64,000 nt of DNA from NCBI GenBank assembly GCA_964016885.1, contig OZ024743.1:18724001-18788000 (forward strand). Direction: 5' to 3'. The DNA is from Eledone cirrhosa. Its lineage: Eukaryota. The translations under genes and the position numbers were made by a program. Shown piece after piece: positions 40,781 to 54,159 of this stretch (positions are counted from its first letter, which is position 1; each line of letters begins with the position of its first letter). The notes under the pieces were generated by a model that searched no databases, was not told where the DNA came from, and worked only from the letters and a program-made list of their open reading frames with translations.

Positions 40781-42149
40781 TTAATTCGGAGAAGTAAAGA
40801 TAAGATTAGAAAAAGACAACGTTTCTGCATGTTATATTTTAGCTTCTATAAGAATATCAACTTTCAATTCAATTTAAACATTATCGCATCGCAAGTATGG
40901 GTTATAAACACGTCACTACATAAACAACAATAATTCACCATTGATTACATCGGTCATGTTGAAACAAATATGTACGTGCAGCAAAGGCCATGTACAACAC
41001 GGCTATTTCAATCAATGAGGTGCTGCGTTTCCATGCCTTACTTCGGAGAATCAGCCCTCTCATCTTTTAGACAAACCTTGTTTAAACCAATGCGTTCCAA
41101 AACAATTAATTTTTGTTTCAGACATAAACCAGTTATGATGTAAAGAAAATTAATTGGCAAATCAGAAATGAACATTCCTATTTCTTCAAATAACATATAT
41201 TTGGAAATCAAATAAAAAGTAAAATATGTTATAAAGGGGGTGAGAAGGGAAACATTTCACTTCCATAGAATGAGACTTTATAACCGGTAATTATTGCATG
41301 GATTACGGATTTAAATCACATAAAAACCAACATTTCATCTCCCGTCTAGAAATCTTTAAAATGAACCTAATGTATCCAGTAATGTGAAGTTTAAAAGGAA
41401 TAGATTTGGGAATATTCTCATAAAATACCTCGGATTCCAATTACCGAACCTTAAAAACACAAAACACATAAATTAAGTATATCCACGCAAGGAAACATTT
41501 AAAACTAAATATAAAGTATAGGAAAGTAACATAACAGGTTCTGACTGTTATCAAGAAAATGGTATTAGAAATAATCAATAGGTTGTAAATAGCTAATAAA
41601 TCTAAAATATAAATATAAATAAAAAGTGTAGAGAGAATGACTAACGCCATAATAGACAGAGTAACGCGGAGGAGTCGTCATAGTTTTATCATAGACTAAA
41701 TTTATGGGAAAATACAAATAAAATACAGATTAATACCACTAGGTAATAATATTTAGACAATGATGTGTTCGTAGTAGGTAAGATCATTCACCTACAATCA
41801 GAAATGTGGAGAAAAACAACATGAAGTGTATATTCTTTTTTAGTGGATAGATGTAAAATCTGATTCGAGAGTAATTTTAGGAACGTTAAATTATTCGATC
41901 TGATTCTAGATTTAGTTTATGAGCCATATTGCTTTAGTGATAATATTAATTAAAACGTATAAACTGTTTCTAACATCTCTCTATCATAAATTCCATTTTG
42001 AAAAATGCCTTGCTGACAATATTCAGTCACTCCACAAATAGAAATATCTTCAATGAAGATGCTGAATACAATAATGAGGACCCAAGTAGTTAAAATGGAA
42101 ACGTTATATCTAATGCAATAGGAACATTAATCAGAGTGAAAATGATGAG

Positions 42150-43030
42150 TAAATATAAAATCTAGCCTGATGAGGCGCTCGTTCCTACTAATGATCCTCC
42201 AAGTCATGCTGTCATGGGTACGACAATCAGAACAATATCCCATGGGAATTTTTGACTGAGACCAAGTGAATTATTTTGCCTGGTCACAAATGCAGAAACT
42301 TCACACAGACACACTGAAAAGGAAATTGTTTCCGTACATAACTACATATGAAATCCAAATATAATCTCTAATTATTAAAGATAAATAATGATAACTTTCC
42401 ACACAATCTCAAATACTTAAAATAACCAAGAGGCACGATATTAGAATGATATATTCTGCTATCCCAATGTTAAGGATAACGTTACATTCATGAATTCATG
42501 AATTGCAAAAGATTATGCAAAAACGTTAGATATGGAAACCACAAAGGACGGACTCGGATATCTAATAACCCACGTTACTTTAACAGTCACTCAGTATGAA
42601 GGGGTGTGAATATTCACGAAACCACAATTTTCTTGATGGAATTAATATATCCCGAAGACCGCCAAAAATGACAATTGACATTGTAACACCACATGTCATG
42701 AACCTACTAAATTATTGGCTAGTATATGATTCAACCCCAACCCTCAGTAGATTCAAATTCAGATCACCTATTGTCCAGGCCCGAGGAGTTGCAATTGCAT
42801 ACAATTAGAAACGACTTATAGAATATTGGGATTTAGGAATGTATAGTCACATCATCTGAGGAGATTGTACAAATACATTGGGGAACGACCAACTCATTCA
42901 AGATTCGATTTCATAAACATGTCCAAACACTCAAACACACCAATATTAACGGCACTACAACGCCTGAAGAATATATCTCGATTGTGAAAGACAGAATTGT
43001 AAACTACCAGTTTGAATGGTCAATAGTAAG
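42150..43030 (+). pseudogene. Very old Naiad-like PLE remnant
   Basis: Broken SCNC, then CIVTSS..KYIG.TTNSFKIRFHKH near 42790-42920. Confidence 0.45.
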
Positions 43031-43311
43031 GTATGTGTATCCTTATTAATATGGATATTATTAAATTATAACTATTAATATATATGATACTATGAACAAA
43101 AGCATTGCTGTTATTAATGTAATAATTAATATTACAACTACTATTGATAACACGGTTATTATTAAAGATAGTACCATCACTTGTACAATTCTTTCTCGAT
43201 AATTATTTTGTTTCGTTTCCATTATGATTGAATTTATATTCTATACAACGTGAAATTAAATATAACTTAGAACCTAATATTAAATGCAAAAGACAATCAC
43301 TTAAACTGGAA

Positions 43312-43525
43312 AGGGTGGAGGATTGGCAGTATCGGTAGTGCATCGGTCTATATGATTTGCAGCATATAATTACGGTTCTTTTCATTCTAAAGTCAAATTC
43401 CGCTGCGGTTAACCCTGCCTTTCATCATTGCGAGGTCGTGTAAATAAATTACCAGTAACGCATTGCAATCGATTGTCTCCTCTTCCAAAATGTATGGTCT
43501 GGCCCTACATCACAAACCATTATTT
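43312..43525 (+). mobile_element. Diverged tRNA-derived SINE (octopus-type, Nin/Deu-like central domain)
   Basis: Box-A-like TGGCAGTATCGGTAG, box-B-like GTCAAATTCC, then GCCTTTCATC..GGTCG..AAATAAATTACCAGT. Recognised from memory of the family consensus, not by search. Confidence 0.5.
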
Positions 43526-44071
43526 CTATTTCGGTAGTGTGCTAACAGGATCAAGTCTATCGAATAAATATATATGATTGATCATATCAGATTTCACTAG
43601 ACATCATGAGTTAAATCTTAGGACTGTCCGACAAATCTATTAAAGAAAACGGACGATGTATCTGCTTTCGTAAATTTGTATCTCAGAAACGAAATAAGAT
43701 GAGAGGATTTTAAACGTGTAGGGAAAATATAATCGCGTAAAATATCGAAGCAAATAAAATAATCGAGATTTATGTGTAATCGACATCCCTATAACGAAAT
43801 TTGATTGGCATTATCACAAGTCAATTAGATTACTGGTTCCGACATGATACTTAGATTCTAGTACTGTAAACTTGACATCAACATATACACCATATTTAGA
43901 CATGTTTCCATTTGTCTCACGTATGATTTCCCTTTATGGTGATAATGCTACAGTTTTAGTTTTCGCTTTAGATTTCCTTACAAGGATACATTTCTACCCA
44001 ACATTACATAGCTCGCTACCTGTTTGATTCTAATCACCCCCATATATTTGATATATATTTATCCTTATTAC

Positions 44072-44182
<111 letters not shown>

Positions 44183-44226
44183 AAGTTAAATAAAAGTCAA
44201 ATGATTAAGGTTTAGCTTCGTTTATT

Positions 44227-44281
44227 ACTGCTATATATATTTCAGTGACAGCCATCTTTGGCTGTGACCTCTTCAGGCAGT
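44227..44281 (-). ncRNA. Type I hammerhead ribozyme (left arm)
   Basis: Exact reverse complement of 44484-44538. Confidence 0.82.
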
Positions 44282-44483
44282 TTGAATTAGTATGGTATAG
44301 ACAAGTACATATGTTGTTTAAGTGTATAATATTGTCAATACTCTGATATGCCCAGTTCCTTGTTTGGTTGTTAATTCACTGATGAACTGGATAACAACCA
44401 AACAAGGAACTGGGCATATCAGAGTATTAACAATATTATACACCTAAACAACATATGTACTTGTCTATACCATACTAATTCAA

Positions 44484-44538
44484 ACTGCCTGAAGAGGTCA
44501 CAGCCAAAGATGGCTGTCACTGAAATATATATAGCAGT
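44484..44538 (+). ncRNA. Type I hammerhead ribozyme (right arm)
   Basis: ACUGC-CUGAAGA-GGU C ACAGCCA-AAGA-UGGCUGU C ACU-GAAA-UAUAUA-UA/GCAGU. Confidence 0.85.
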
Positions 44539-44684
44539 AATAAACGAAGCTAAATCTTAATCATTTGACTTTTATTTAACTTTATTTTACAATACTCCGG
44601 AGTAACCAAACCAACCTGCGCACTTCGTCGAGTGCTCCAGCCTACATACTGAGGTGTTGGTATACAACCAACATAAACTCAAAA

Positions 44685-44719
<35 letters not shown>

Positions 44720-45669
44720 TGTATATATATACAATATTACCAGAACAATAAACTGTTACACAGAGTGCCACACATTTTGGCAGTGCTATTTCGCACATTG
44801 AGGTGTTACTGCACTTGTGATGCTAGTTTGTACAACCGATCAAATGATCGATCTGTTGATGGAATACATGTGAGACGGTAACAATAAACAAAGAATTTAC
44901 TGTAGTCTTTCAACAAAAAGGGGATAAATATATACTAAGTCATATTCCACATGGGTATTAAGATATAGAATTGAATGCTATTGTTCCTTAATGAATCACA
45001 TGTCTCTAGATGATTTGGCTTCATTGTTACCAACTTTAGACACGTATGCACGATTAATAGTTACATGGCTATCATACACGACGGGTAGCCGCAAAAAATA
45101 TTAGCTGCTCTCAAATCGCACGAGGAAGCTTTGTTAGTTTGTGTACTAGACTCGTGTGGATAGCGCAACCCACTCGTAATACTTTCCTTAATTAAACAGT
45201 TCGGTATTTCAACTAGAATAGAAATGCGAAACGCATTTCCTCTAGTTACACATTTTCAGAAAGGCGAGTGTCTGAAAGAGCAACTATATGTAAGTGATGT
45301 AATTCTCTTGGGATTAATGCTGTTCTATATTCTAGAGATAATCTAATTGGATGGTCAACCTGAGTTTGCACAGTCCAAATATGATATCAAATTTACTATT
45401 AACATTTTTGTTCCCTGTGTTGTCTCGAGGGCATGGACCAACTTTCATCATAAGTGCCACGTTGGTCAGAAATATATAAAGCAATTAAATGTTAAATCAA
45501 CATTCTGACACCGTTCTAGAATTCTGGTAAGCCACACTGATAGTAGTAGGGTTGCACTGATGCTAGTGCCATCTCTCCCCAGTCTGAACATTTCATATCT
45601 GCAAAAGGCAACAGAAGTGTGGCTGAATAAATAGGAAACTCCAGCTTACCAAGCCTATATGCGTAAAAA

Positions 45670-45880
45670 TCAATATATATTTGACCGTTGGTGAGTCAGT
45701 GATAAGCATTGATGGCTAAATGAATTAACTATGGAGATATAAAAGATGCAAAAGCGAAAACCAATTAAACAGTGACTGCGTTCTGTTATTATTTCTGGCA
45801 ATAATATTACAACAATATATCCCTCCCCAAATATAACAATATTTGTTTCGACACACGATTTCATATCAAAACCCTCACAA

Positions 45881-45885
<5 letters not shown>
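45670..45885 (-). repeat. Dispersed repeat also present at 15749-15860 (partly inverted) and 59248-59490
   Basis: Shared TATGAAATCGTGTGTCGAAACAAATATTGTTATA...GCCAGAA.TAATAACAGAAC. Confidence 0.75.
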
Positions 45886-45911
<26 letters not shown>

Positions 45912-45935
45912 TTATTTATTAAAATAACAGATTAA

Positions 45936-45986
45936 AGTTTAAGCAAAGAATCGCTGCTTTCACCCTTAACGGGATCTTCTGAAACT
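45936..45986 (-). ncRNA. Type I hammerhead, U4A core variant (sense copy)
   Basis: AGUUU-CAGAAGA-U-CCC-GUUAA-GGG-U-GAAA-GCA...UGC-UU/AAACU. Confidence 0.72.
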
Positions 45987-46916
45987 AACAAAGTCAATCT
46001 GTAAACGCAGAACTGTATATTTCAAAAAACGTTGCAACCGGAGGAAGACAGGAAGACGATACTTTGGTTCGTGGAAACGTTCAGTGGCAAATAACGGGAA
46101 AAAACGAATAATACGTCATTAATAGGAGCGGTGAAAAACAATTACGCGCAAAGACAGAACCACGTTTATGATATAAAAGAGGTTGTAGACTAATGTTCTC
46201 TTAGGTGGTGCATAGAGACGTTCTCTGGCAATGAACGAAAAAACGAAGATAATAAGTCATATGTGGAGCGTAGAGAACAATAGCACGCAAAAACAAAACC
46301 ACGTAAATGGTATAGCAGAAGTCGTAGACTAAAATTCTAACTAGGAGACCAAATGAATCTCCGCTACAGAGTTAAGAACAAAGTAAATAAATACAATACA
46401 GAAGTAATAGAAACAAATAAATACGTACACGCAAACAAATACGTACATACACAAGCATACGCTAAACCTTACCATAGGTATACAAAACCACGCACATATA
46501 AATATGTGTGTGTGTCTGTATGCTTGTGTACAAATAAATAAATAATTATAAAAACGTATATAAGTAAATAAATACGTATATAACAAGCGCACACACATAC
46601 CTACATATAAAGACACGAATATTCGGAGACGTAAGTCAACTAAAACAAGAAGTACACATATACACACACCCACCATACGTACGAACCTGCATACTCACGC
46701 AGACGCAAAACTCCCGTATACACATAGCCAAACCCTAAATACCAGAATATATAAAAATTATACGCCATAACAATCAAATATACGTAAGAGAAGGTATACA
46801 TACCTTCACAAAACATTTGGGTAATATATACTTACCTATGCAAATAAGAAAAGGAATAAACAAAAGATATACTTAGCTCCCACATCAAGACGTAAAATAT
46901 CCACGTATAGATCGTA

Positions 46917-49048
46917 CTATCCGTTAGGGTATAAAGTGGGGCTGTAATGCAGGAAAGTTTTGTGCAATTTATGTTTACAAGCCGAAATTGCCTCAGATTT
47001 TTTGTTTAAGATGTGGTCTGTGGCGTAGAGTATTTCCAGGGCCTTTAGCGGTGCAGAGGTCACATGGTCTTTTATTTCCGTTATATGATCTAGCCCTAGC
47101 TAGGATCTCCCAGTGTAACTTATATTGGGTGTGATTGTCTTTTAGACTCCAGATATAAGCTGAAAGTGACGTCATATTCCTTCTTAGAGGGTAACGAAAA
47201 GAATGGGTAAGCATGTAAAGACGCTGCTTGAAACTATTGGCGGTTAACCCTATGTAGGCCCTACGGGACGTGGGTGTTACAACCTTACATTTGTAGACAA
47301 TGTTACTAGAGAGGCATTTCCCGGATAGGGGGCAATCAACCCGATTCCTACAATTACAGTTAGTACTAACTACAGGGTTGCACGTGATCCTACGGCTAGG
47401 TAGTTTAGCTAAATTTGAAGCTGTGATGTTTTGTGCAAGGTTAGGAGTCGTAGAGTAAGAAATTTTAATAGTATTTCTATTAAAAATTTTACTATATTTA
47501 TGTGTAGGGGGAAAATGCTTCGTAATAAGGGAATGGAAGATCTTAGCTAATGGTGTGGCCACCTCCATATTATATGGTGAGTTAAACCAACAAATGCGAC
47601 GGGATCTATTTCTTGTAGGTCTATTTTCGTACTCTGTATATGCTACCTTATCGACAAATCCACTTCGAGCAAGAGCTTCATTGTAATAGGTGGAATGGTC
47701 GTTGAAAATGCGCTCGTTGGTGGAAAGACGGGAAAGCCTCAACGAAACGTTTCTTACCAGGTTCTTGGTTATGCTGACAGGATGGTTGGATTGCTTACTT
47801 ATGTAATTAAGCGTATCATTCGGCTTTCTATACGGGTAATACAACCCATTCAATAAATTCAGGGTAACGTCGAGGTAATTAACGACCGAGAGATTGGCCT
47901 CAACCTGTATAGAGAGGTTGAACCCTTTAAAGAAGGATGTGAGTTCTTTTTTGAACCTGTCGCAAGCACGAGGTCCGCACTTAGTCATCGTCAAAAGACC
48001 ATCGTCACGGTACAAACCACCGCCCGCGTTGGGGAATTCGTCCTTGATAGAGAAAAGAAGGAAAAGGCCAATAAGATCAGTAACCTCCGCAGAGTCACTG
48101 GCGCCCATACTCACGTCGAATGGAGTACTATTGGATTTTTTTTATCCAAATAGAGTCGTCGAAATTAATCAGCGACTTTCGGGCATTAAGGAGGACATCA
48201 ACCTCGAAATCCTTAACCACTGTGAGTGTTTTAGCGAAATTGATAGCTCTAAGGAGAAGTGGTAAAGTGATGGAGGAGTAGTAATTGTTGATGTCGAATT
48301 GGATAAAACGGCAATGTTCCTTGTTACGTATGCCGTTGAACCAATCAATCACCGCGAAAGAATTGTTCCACACTGCAAGAGGGGCCAAACTTCTAATTTC
48401 AGGTATATTTCTATCAAGAATCGTTTTACTAAGTCTACCTAAATCGAACTTCGTAGGGTTAATAAGCCGAATAGAGGGGTTGTTCGGAAAATTGGATTTG
48501 TGATTCTTCAGGGTAAAGTGGGGAGAAATAGGGTCCAGAGGTTCGGTCCGGTCCAGGATGTTGAGATCAGATGTGATTTTAAACCCAGCGTCGTTGATTT
48601 CATTGATGACGCACCGATTAGTTTTACGGTAATCCTTAGTTACAGCATTATGTAGTAGTTGATGGTAAGTACTGCGCTCCACTTGATATAGGTTGCCAGT
48701 TTTGTCGGAATGGACGTGCACGGCGTTAGATTCCTTAATAGAACGAATTCTATTCTTTAGGTCTTGCTGGAAGGAATTGCTCCTATTCCGAAATTTGATA
48801 CTCCGAATGAATTTCAAGACATCATTTTCGAAGGGTGGCAATGCTGGGTTCCACGGGGGGTTATTATAGGTTTTAAATCCAAATTTATCCTCTTTGTTGT
48901 CTGCTTTTCGCGGATTATCGAAATAAAAGGCACGCCAACGCAACCTTTTAATGAACGCGTCTGTGTTCTGTATCAGGAGTTTTAGGTATGTTTTCCTGCT
49001 TGGTACGGGTATGTTCTTTGTAGAAATATCCAGATGTTGTTTTTGCAT
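46917..49048 (-). pseudogene. PLE RT + GIY-YIG ORF with frameshifts near 48135 (A-run) and ~47040
   Basis: STKNIP, FIQFDINNYY, SMGASDSAEVTDLIG, GLYRDDG, CNCRNRVDCPLSGKCL, IVY...YIGLT and CDLC. The terminal ACKHKLHKTF is in another frame. Confidence 0.93.
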
Positions 49049-49284
49049 GATGAATATAAGTCAGTAGAGTGCTCAACCGAGGGAGGCAAATAGTAATAAT
49101 AATAAAATTGAAGACTAAAATCCAAAGAGGGCTCGATAAGGATAAATATATATCAAATATATAAGAACATATATAAGAACCGTAGAGCGAACGTTTCCAC
49201 GAACCAAAGTATCGTATTCCTGTCTTCCCCCGGTTGCAACGTTTTTTGAAATATCCAGTTCTGCGTTTACAGATTGACTTTGTT

Positions 49285-49335
49285 AGTTTCAGAAGATCCC
49301 GTTAAGGGTGAAAGCAGCGATTCTTTGCTTAAACT
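49285..49335 (+). ncRNA. Type I hammerhead, U4A core variant (inverted copy)
   Basis: Identical to the 45936-45986 motif. Confidence 0.72.
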
Positions 49336-49496
49336 TTAATCTGTTATTTAATAAATATTTGCTCTACGGTTCTTATATATTTGATATATGTTTATCCTCT
49401 TTGGAATTTAGTCTTCAATTGTATTATTATTACTATATATATATATAGAGAAATTATAGAAATTACATTAATCAAAGTTCAGTTTAAATCATTTAT

Positions 49497-49546
49497 TTGC
49501 TTACAATTGTTTCCTCCAAACCGAGGTTTGGAATTCTTCGGAGCAA
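49497..49546 (-). ncRNA. Type I hammerhead, U4C variant
   Basis: UUGCU-CCGAAGA-AU-UCCAAACC-UC-GGUUUGGA-G-GAAAC-AAUU-GUA/AGCAA. Confidence 0.78.
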
Positions 49547-50551
49547 CTATTTAGTGATTTATAACATACTTGACCTCCTTTTCAACACAAGAGACATATA
49601 AAAACATATGATATAGCATGGGAATTTACATATAAGCGTAAAGGACAACATTAAAGTTAAAATTAAAATAAAAATTAAAATAAAAAATTGGCAGTTTATG
49701 AAGATAAAGCAGGAGGAAAGTTTAGAGTAGTCAGTGTATAAAACAGTCTCACGTGTGGCATGATTGTTACATGTAAAAACAAGCAGTCAAATCAGGCAAT
49801 CAATAGCATCATTGGGGCCGTATTGTTAAAGCATTTTTTCACATACACCTGTACGATATATAATCCCGTTTGTAGAGAAACACCAAAAATATCCAAAAAT
49901 ATCAAAAATATTATAAAAGAGAAGCAAAAGAGCACCACTTTCCTCGCACCCACCACCACTCACACAATCCAGGAAACGCAATATATAGACTACATTTCTG
50001 AATCATCGTGGATTGTGTGATAGACATGTAGTCTATATATTGCGTTTCCTTGATTGTGTGAGTAGTGGTGGGTGCGAGGACAGTGGTGCTGTTTTGCTTC
50101 TCTTTTATAATATTTTTGATATGTTTTCATATTTTTGGTGTTTCTCTACAAACGGGATTATATATCGTACAGGTGTATGTGAAAAAATGCTTTAACAATA
50201 CGGCTCCCATGATGCTATTGATTGCCTGATTTAACTGCTTGTTTTTACATGTAACAATCTGCCGCACTATAATCCTGTATAAATAAGACACGCGTGCATG
50301 CAACACGTGAGACTGTTTCATACACTGACTACTCTAAACGTTCCTCTTGCTTTATCTTCATAAACTGCCAATGTTTTATTTTTATTTTTATTTTAATTTT
50401 AACTTTAATGTTGTCCTTTACCCTTATATGTAAATTGCCATGCTATATCATTATGATGGATGTCAACCCACTGTGGGTCAATATATACATATGTTTTTAT
50501 ATGTCTCTTGTGTTGAAAAGGAGGTCAAGTATGTTATAAATCACTAAATAG

Positions 50552-50600
50552 TTGCTCCGAAGAATCCAAAACTCGGTCTGGAGGAAACAATTGTAAGCAA
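50552..50600 (+). ncRNA. Type I hammerhead, U4C variant
   Basis: UUGCU-CCGAAGA-A-UCCA...UGGA-G-GAAAC-AAUU-GUA/AGCAA. The distal part of stem II is mutated. Confidence 0.78.
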
Positions 50601-50799
50601 ATAAATGATTTAAACTGAACTTTGATTAATGTAATTTCTATATAACTGCTCTGTAAAACAACTGATGTTATTACATTGAGCTATTTATCTTACTGGTAAT
50701 AAGATAGTAATGAATTACTGTCTTTCACTATTTAGGGTTTAAAATATATATAACCATAAATAGTTTTATTGTATACATAACCATAAATAGTATCCTTAA

Positions 50800-50839
<40 letters not shown>

Positions 50840-52123
50840 TTAAGGATACTATTTATGGTTATGTATACAATAAAACTATTTATGGTTATATATATTTTAA
50901 ACCCTAAATAGTGAAAGACAGTAATTCATTACTATCTTATTACCAGTAATATATATATACATACACGCTGTCAGCCATGCCCTTGCATGGGTTTATAGTC
51001 ATTAACGTCTTGCAAAGCATGATTATGCTCTCATTCCCTGGACCAGAACTATGCAAGTGCGAAATACCTGTCTTGGTAAAGAGGTGGGTCTTATTTCGAG
51101 GACGCCTACTCCGAGACATTTGATTCTACGGAAGCTTGAAAAATATCACTTAAACTGGGATATTACATTTTGTGACCTGTGGCTTTTCTGTGTGTGTATT
51201 TCTATGTGAAATGAAGTTTTGCTAGCATTAATAACAAAGCTGTTGGACCTATATTCAATTATGGCATTGTTAATTATATGTGAATATATTGGGACTATGT
51301 TAGAGGTGACATTCTCTTAAGTCACGCACATTGAAATTGAATCGGTAAAATTATACGGATAGAGAAAATACACCAGTTATTTATCTAGTTAATACATTAT
51401 TTCTATATTCTAAAACGATAATCAATAAATTACACATTACCTTTCCTTCGTGAATTTACTCTTTGATTTTAGTGCCTTATATTAGATAGTCTTTCAGAAC
51501 TGCTGATGAATGTATATTTATAAAGGGATTCGCTGACACAAATACAAATTTCTTACAGCCATTTCCGTTCTTTTACATGTATTATGATCGTAAGCAATAA
51601 TCTAAACAATATGGCGAATTGAATTGACATTAATATCATATTCTGTTAAATAAAATAATTTGTAAACATATTTTTCCCAACAATATGTTCGGGTAATTGT
51701 ATTGAAGTTTTCACTTTTTCCACTATTCCTTGTTTCAATTTTCGACTGTTACACATGGTTTTCGCGTACTGATTTAGTGATTTATCAACAATTGATAACA
51801 ACATAGAGAATATTATACAAAATAAATGCTTCATAATAAACGTCATAAACACACTCAGGGACAGTTTTCAACGAGTCCAATCGTTTTTGAACTTTTATCG
51901 CAATACATTCATTATACATTGTTAATCTGTGATGAATTACTATTTATGTATAAATGTGTCTACAAAACAATGTATGTATGGATCATGATGTTCAGTATTA
52001 TATGTGGTTGTATCATTTCACCATGTATATATATATATAAATATTCGTTACGAGAATGTAGGAAATAGTAAACAAAATTGTGATTAGTTTCACACACAAA
52101 CGTTCTCACATGCGCAGTTACAA

Positions 52124-52174
<51 letters not shown>

Positions 52175-52798
52175 GTCTCTGTATCTCCATGTGTTTGTGC
52201 GGGTGTGAGTTCAAATGTCTGTAAAACTAATTTTAATTATGTATATTATTTCATATATTTCCCACTGAAAATGTTCGACTCAAATTGTTATTGTTTTCGT
52301 CATATTTTTCGTATCACCTTTTAATTTGTCCTTCCTCTCAATCTATTTAATATTATGATCAATAATCAAAGATAATAATTTCATATCAGCGAGATTACCG
52401 ATTATTAATTGCCGGTTTGGGATTCATATTATCTGCTTTAAAAGTGCATGATTAATTACCAAACTACGTACAGAGTTTCTACGCCAGTGTGCATGTCATT
52501 TGCTACTTTTATATTCTAGTGAAGTCGTAGATTCAAGTATATTTCAAAGATTTTTCAATAACCTATTATTTGTTTTCTTTAGTATTGTCGTAATAATTTA
52601 TACGTAATGTTATTAGAGTGGTATTCCAATGAAACATATGAAACATATTTTATTCGTTTTTTTTTCTATCAATCGAAATTTGTTATATTTCCAGTGGTCT
52701 CTTGCAATAGTGTCTTTATATATTTAATTTAGATATTCAAGTTTCATAATGATAGGTTCCAAGCAAATAAAAAACATTTCTTCTAATTATTAAAATCG

Positions 52799-52848
52799 GT
52801 TGAAATTATTTAGTTGAAATTATTTGGTTGAAATTATTTAGTTGAAAT
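52799..52848. repeat. 14-bp minisatellite (GTTGAAATTATTTA) x3.5
   Basis: Visible tandem copies. Confidence 0.85.
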
Positions 52849-54159
52849 CAAATAGTGTGCAGGTATAAAACAACATAAGTAATTTAATTGTATTGGAAGT
52901 TATATTTGAGATGTTCAAATTATCCTGGACAAGTTTACAATATCTATCCTTCACTTTATAGAGATAGTCACATTTCAAGGAGATGATGTTTATATTAATA
53001 AATAATTGTACATTTTCTAATCAAGCGACTTCTCTAGGTGTGTATAACGACTACTGCTTTTATTCATATGAGGTGCGTTTGTTGGTAAAATTAAACTACA
53101 TCATATGATATGCCCAGCGATATGTTTATCATGCTTAAAACCAGTTTACCAAACATAGAAAACTGTTGTAAACATGTTATTCATTCAGCCATTATCCCAT
53201 AAATAATTCAATGCTTATGATTTTACAAACTGAAGATTACAGCATTAAATAAAACATGAATATGTTAGTAAATGCAGATAGATTGTGTATTTCGGCTAAA
53301 TAAAACTAAATGTAAACAAAACGTTATAATGGAATCAAAATGATGTGTCAATTAGGTTTCACCTAGATATATTGGATTCTGATGATATCCAAGAATTTTC
53401 CATCAAAACCATCTGATACTTTGACAGCGGGATTATTCTGATGTGACGGGAAATTGTGCTCTGTAATTTATTTTATGAGAATTATGAAGTTTAATTTACA
53501 TATGTTCAGTATATGTAAGGATGGACCTTCAAAAGGGGAAGACGGTGACACTTTTATAATTTACTTATTACGCAATAACACACGCAGATGTCCTTCACCC
53601 GTATATAATTAAAATACTCTTAATGCAGACAAAATATAAAATATAACGACAGAAATGTCCACTCACAGGATTCGAAAATGACGGTTATAATGCAATATGT
53701 CTATCTTGAAAAATAATAGGCATTAAATCTGGCATGTAGATATATTGCCGAATTCATCCATATATATAGATTATTACAGTCACATTCACATAAACCATAT
53801 GACGCATTGTAAAATAGATTAGGGATTTTGTTCTAGTGTCTGCTAAAAGAATATTTCATACAACCATCTCTTTAACAGTATTTATCTTGTGTGGTTGTTG
53901 CTTGATTGCTTGTTCGTTGAACATTTTATTGCGATGCTGAAAATACTGTTGGGTATAAAAAAAACTTGTATAAAAAAAAGGTTGTATGAGAATCAATCTT
54001 CATACTGTTATACTTTAACGTGGAAACGCTACGCTTATTCATATATTTGTTTGGAAATCGGCTACTCTTTCTGTTTGTTCTAGACATTTCATCATATGAA
54101 TAATATGTTTGGAAGAAACAGCATTTAGTCCAGACAACATTTTAATGTCGCATCATATC

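Larger units (their letters stand above)
45912..49437 (-). mobile_element. Full-length Naiad-type PLE (family F), frameshifted, with 5' inverted pLTR
   Basis: ORF pieces 49048-48128 and 48114-46993. 49190-49356 is the reverse complement of 45912-46081, and 49361-49435 of 49091-49188. TA flanks. Confidence 0.93.
49453..50950. mobile_element. ORF-less double foldback of a family-A-like pLTR
   Basis: 49453-49995 is inverted to 50026-50645, and 50690-50802 is inverted to 50837-50950 around (TA)n. Homologous to 5339-6130. Confidence 0.88.

Noticed and set aside
42167-42200. CTGATGA as an HHR core
   Set aside because: No stem II closing into GAAA follows and there is no stem I partner.
44378-44410. 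CTGATGA in the foldback spacer as a second HHR
   Set aside because: A possible CUGG/CCA stem follows, but GAAA and the cleavage triplet are missing.
50967-51150. Possible SINE/LINE head remnant
   Set aside because: Only a vague resemblance, with no clear A/B boxes.
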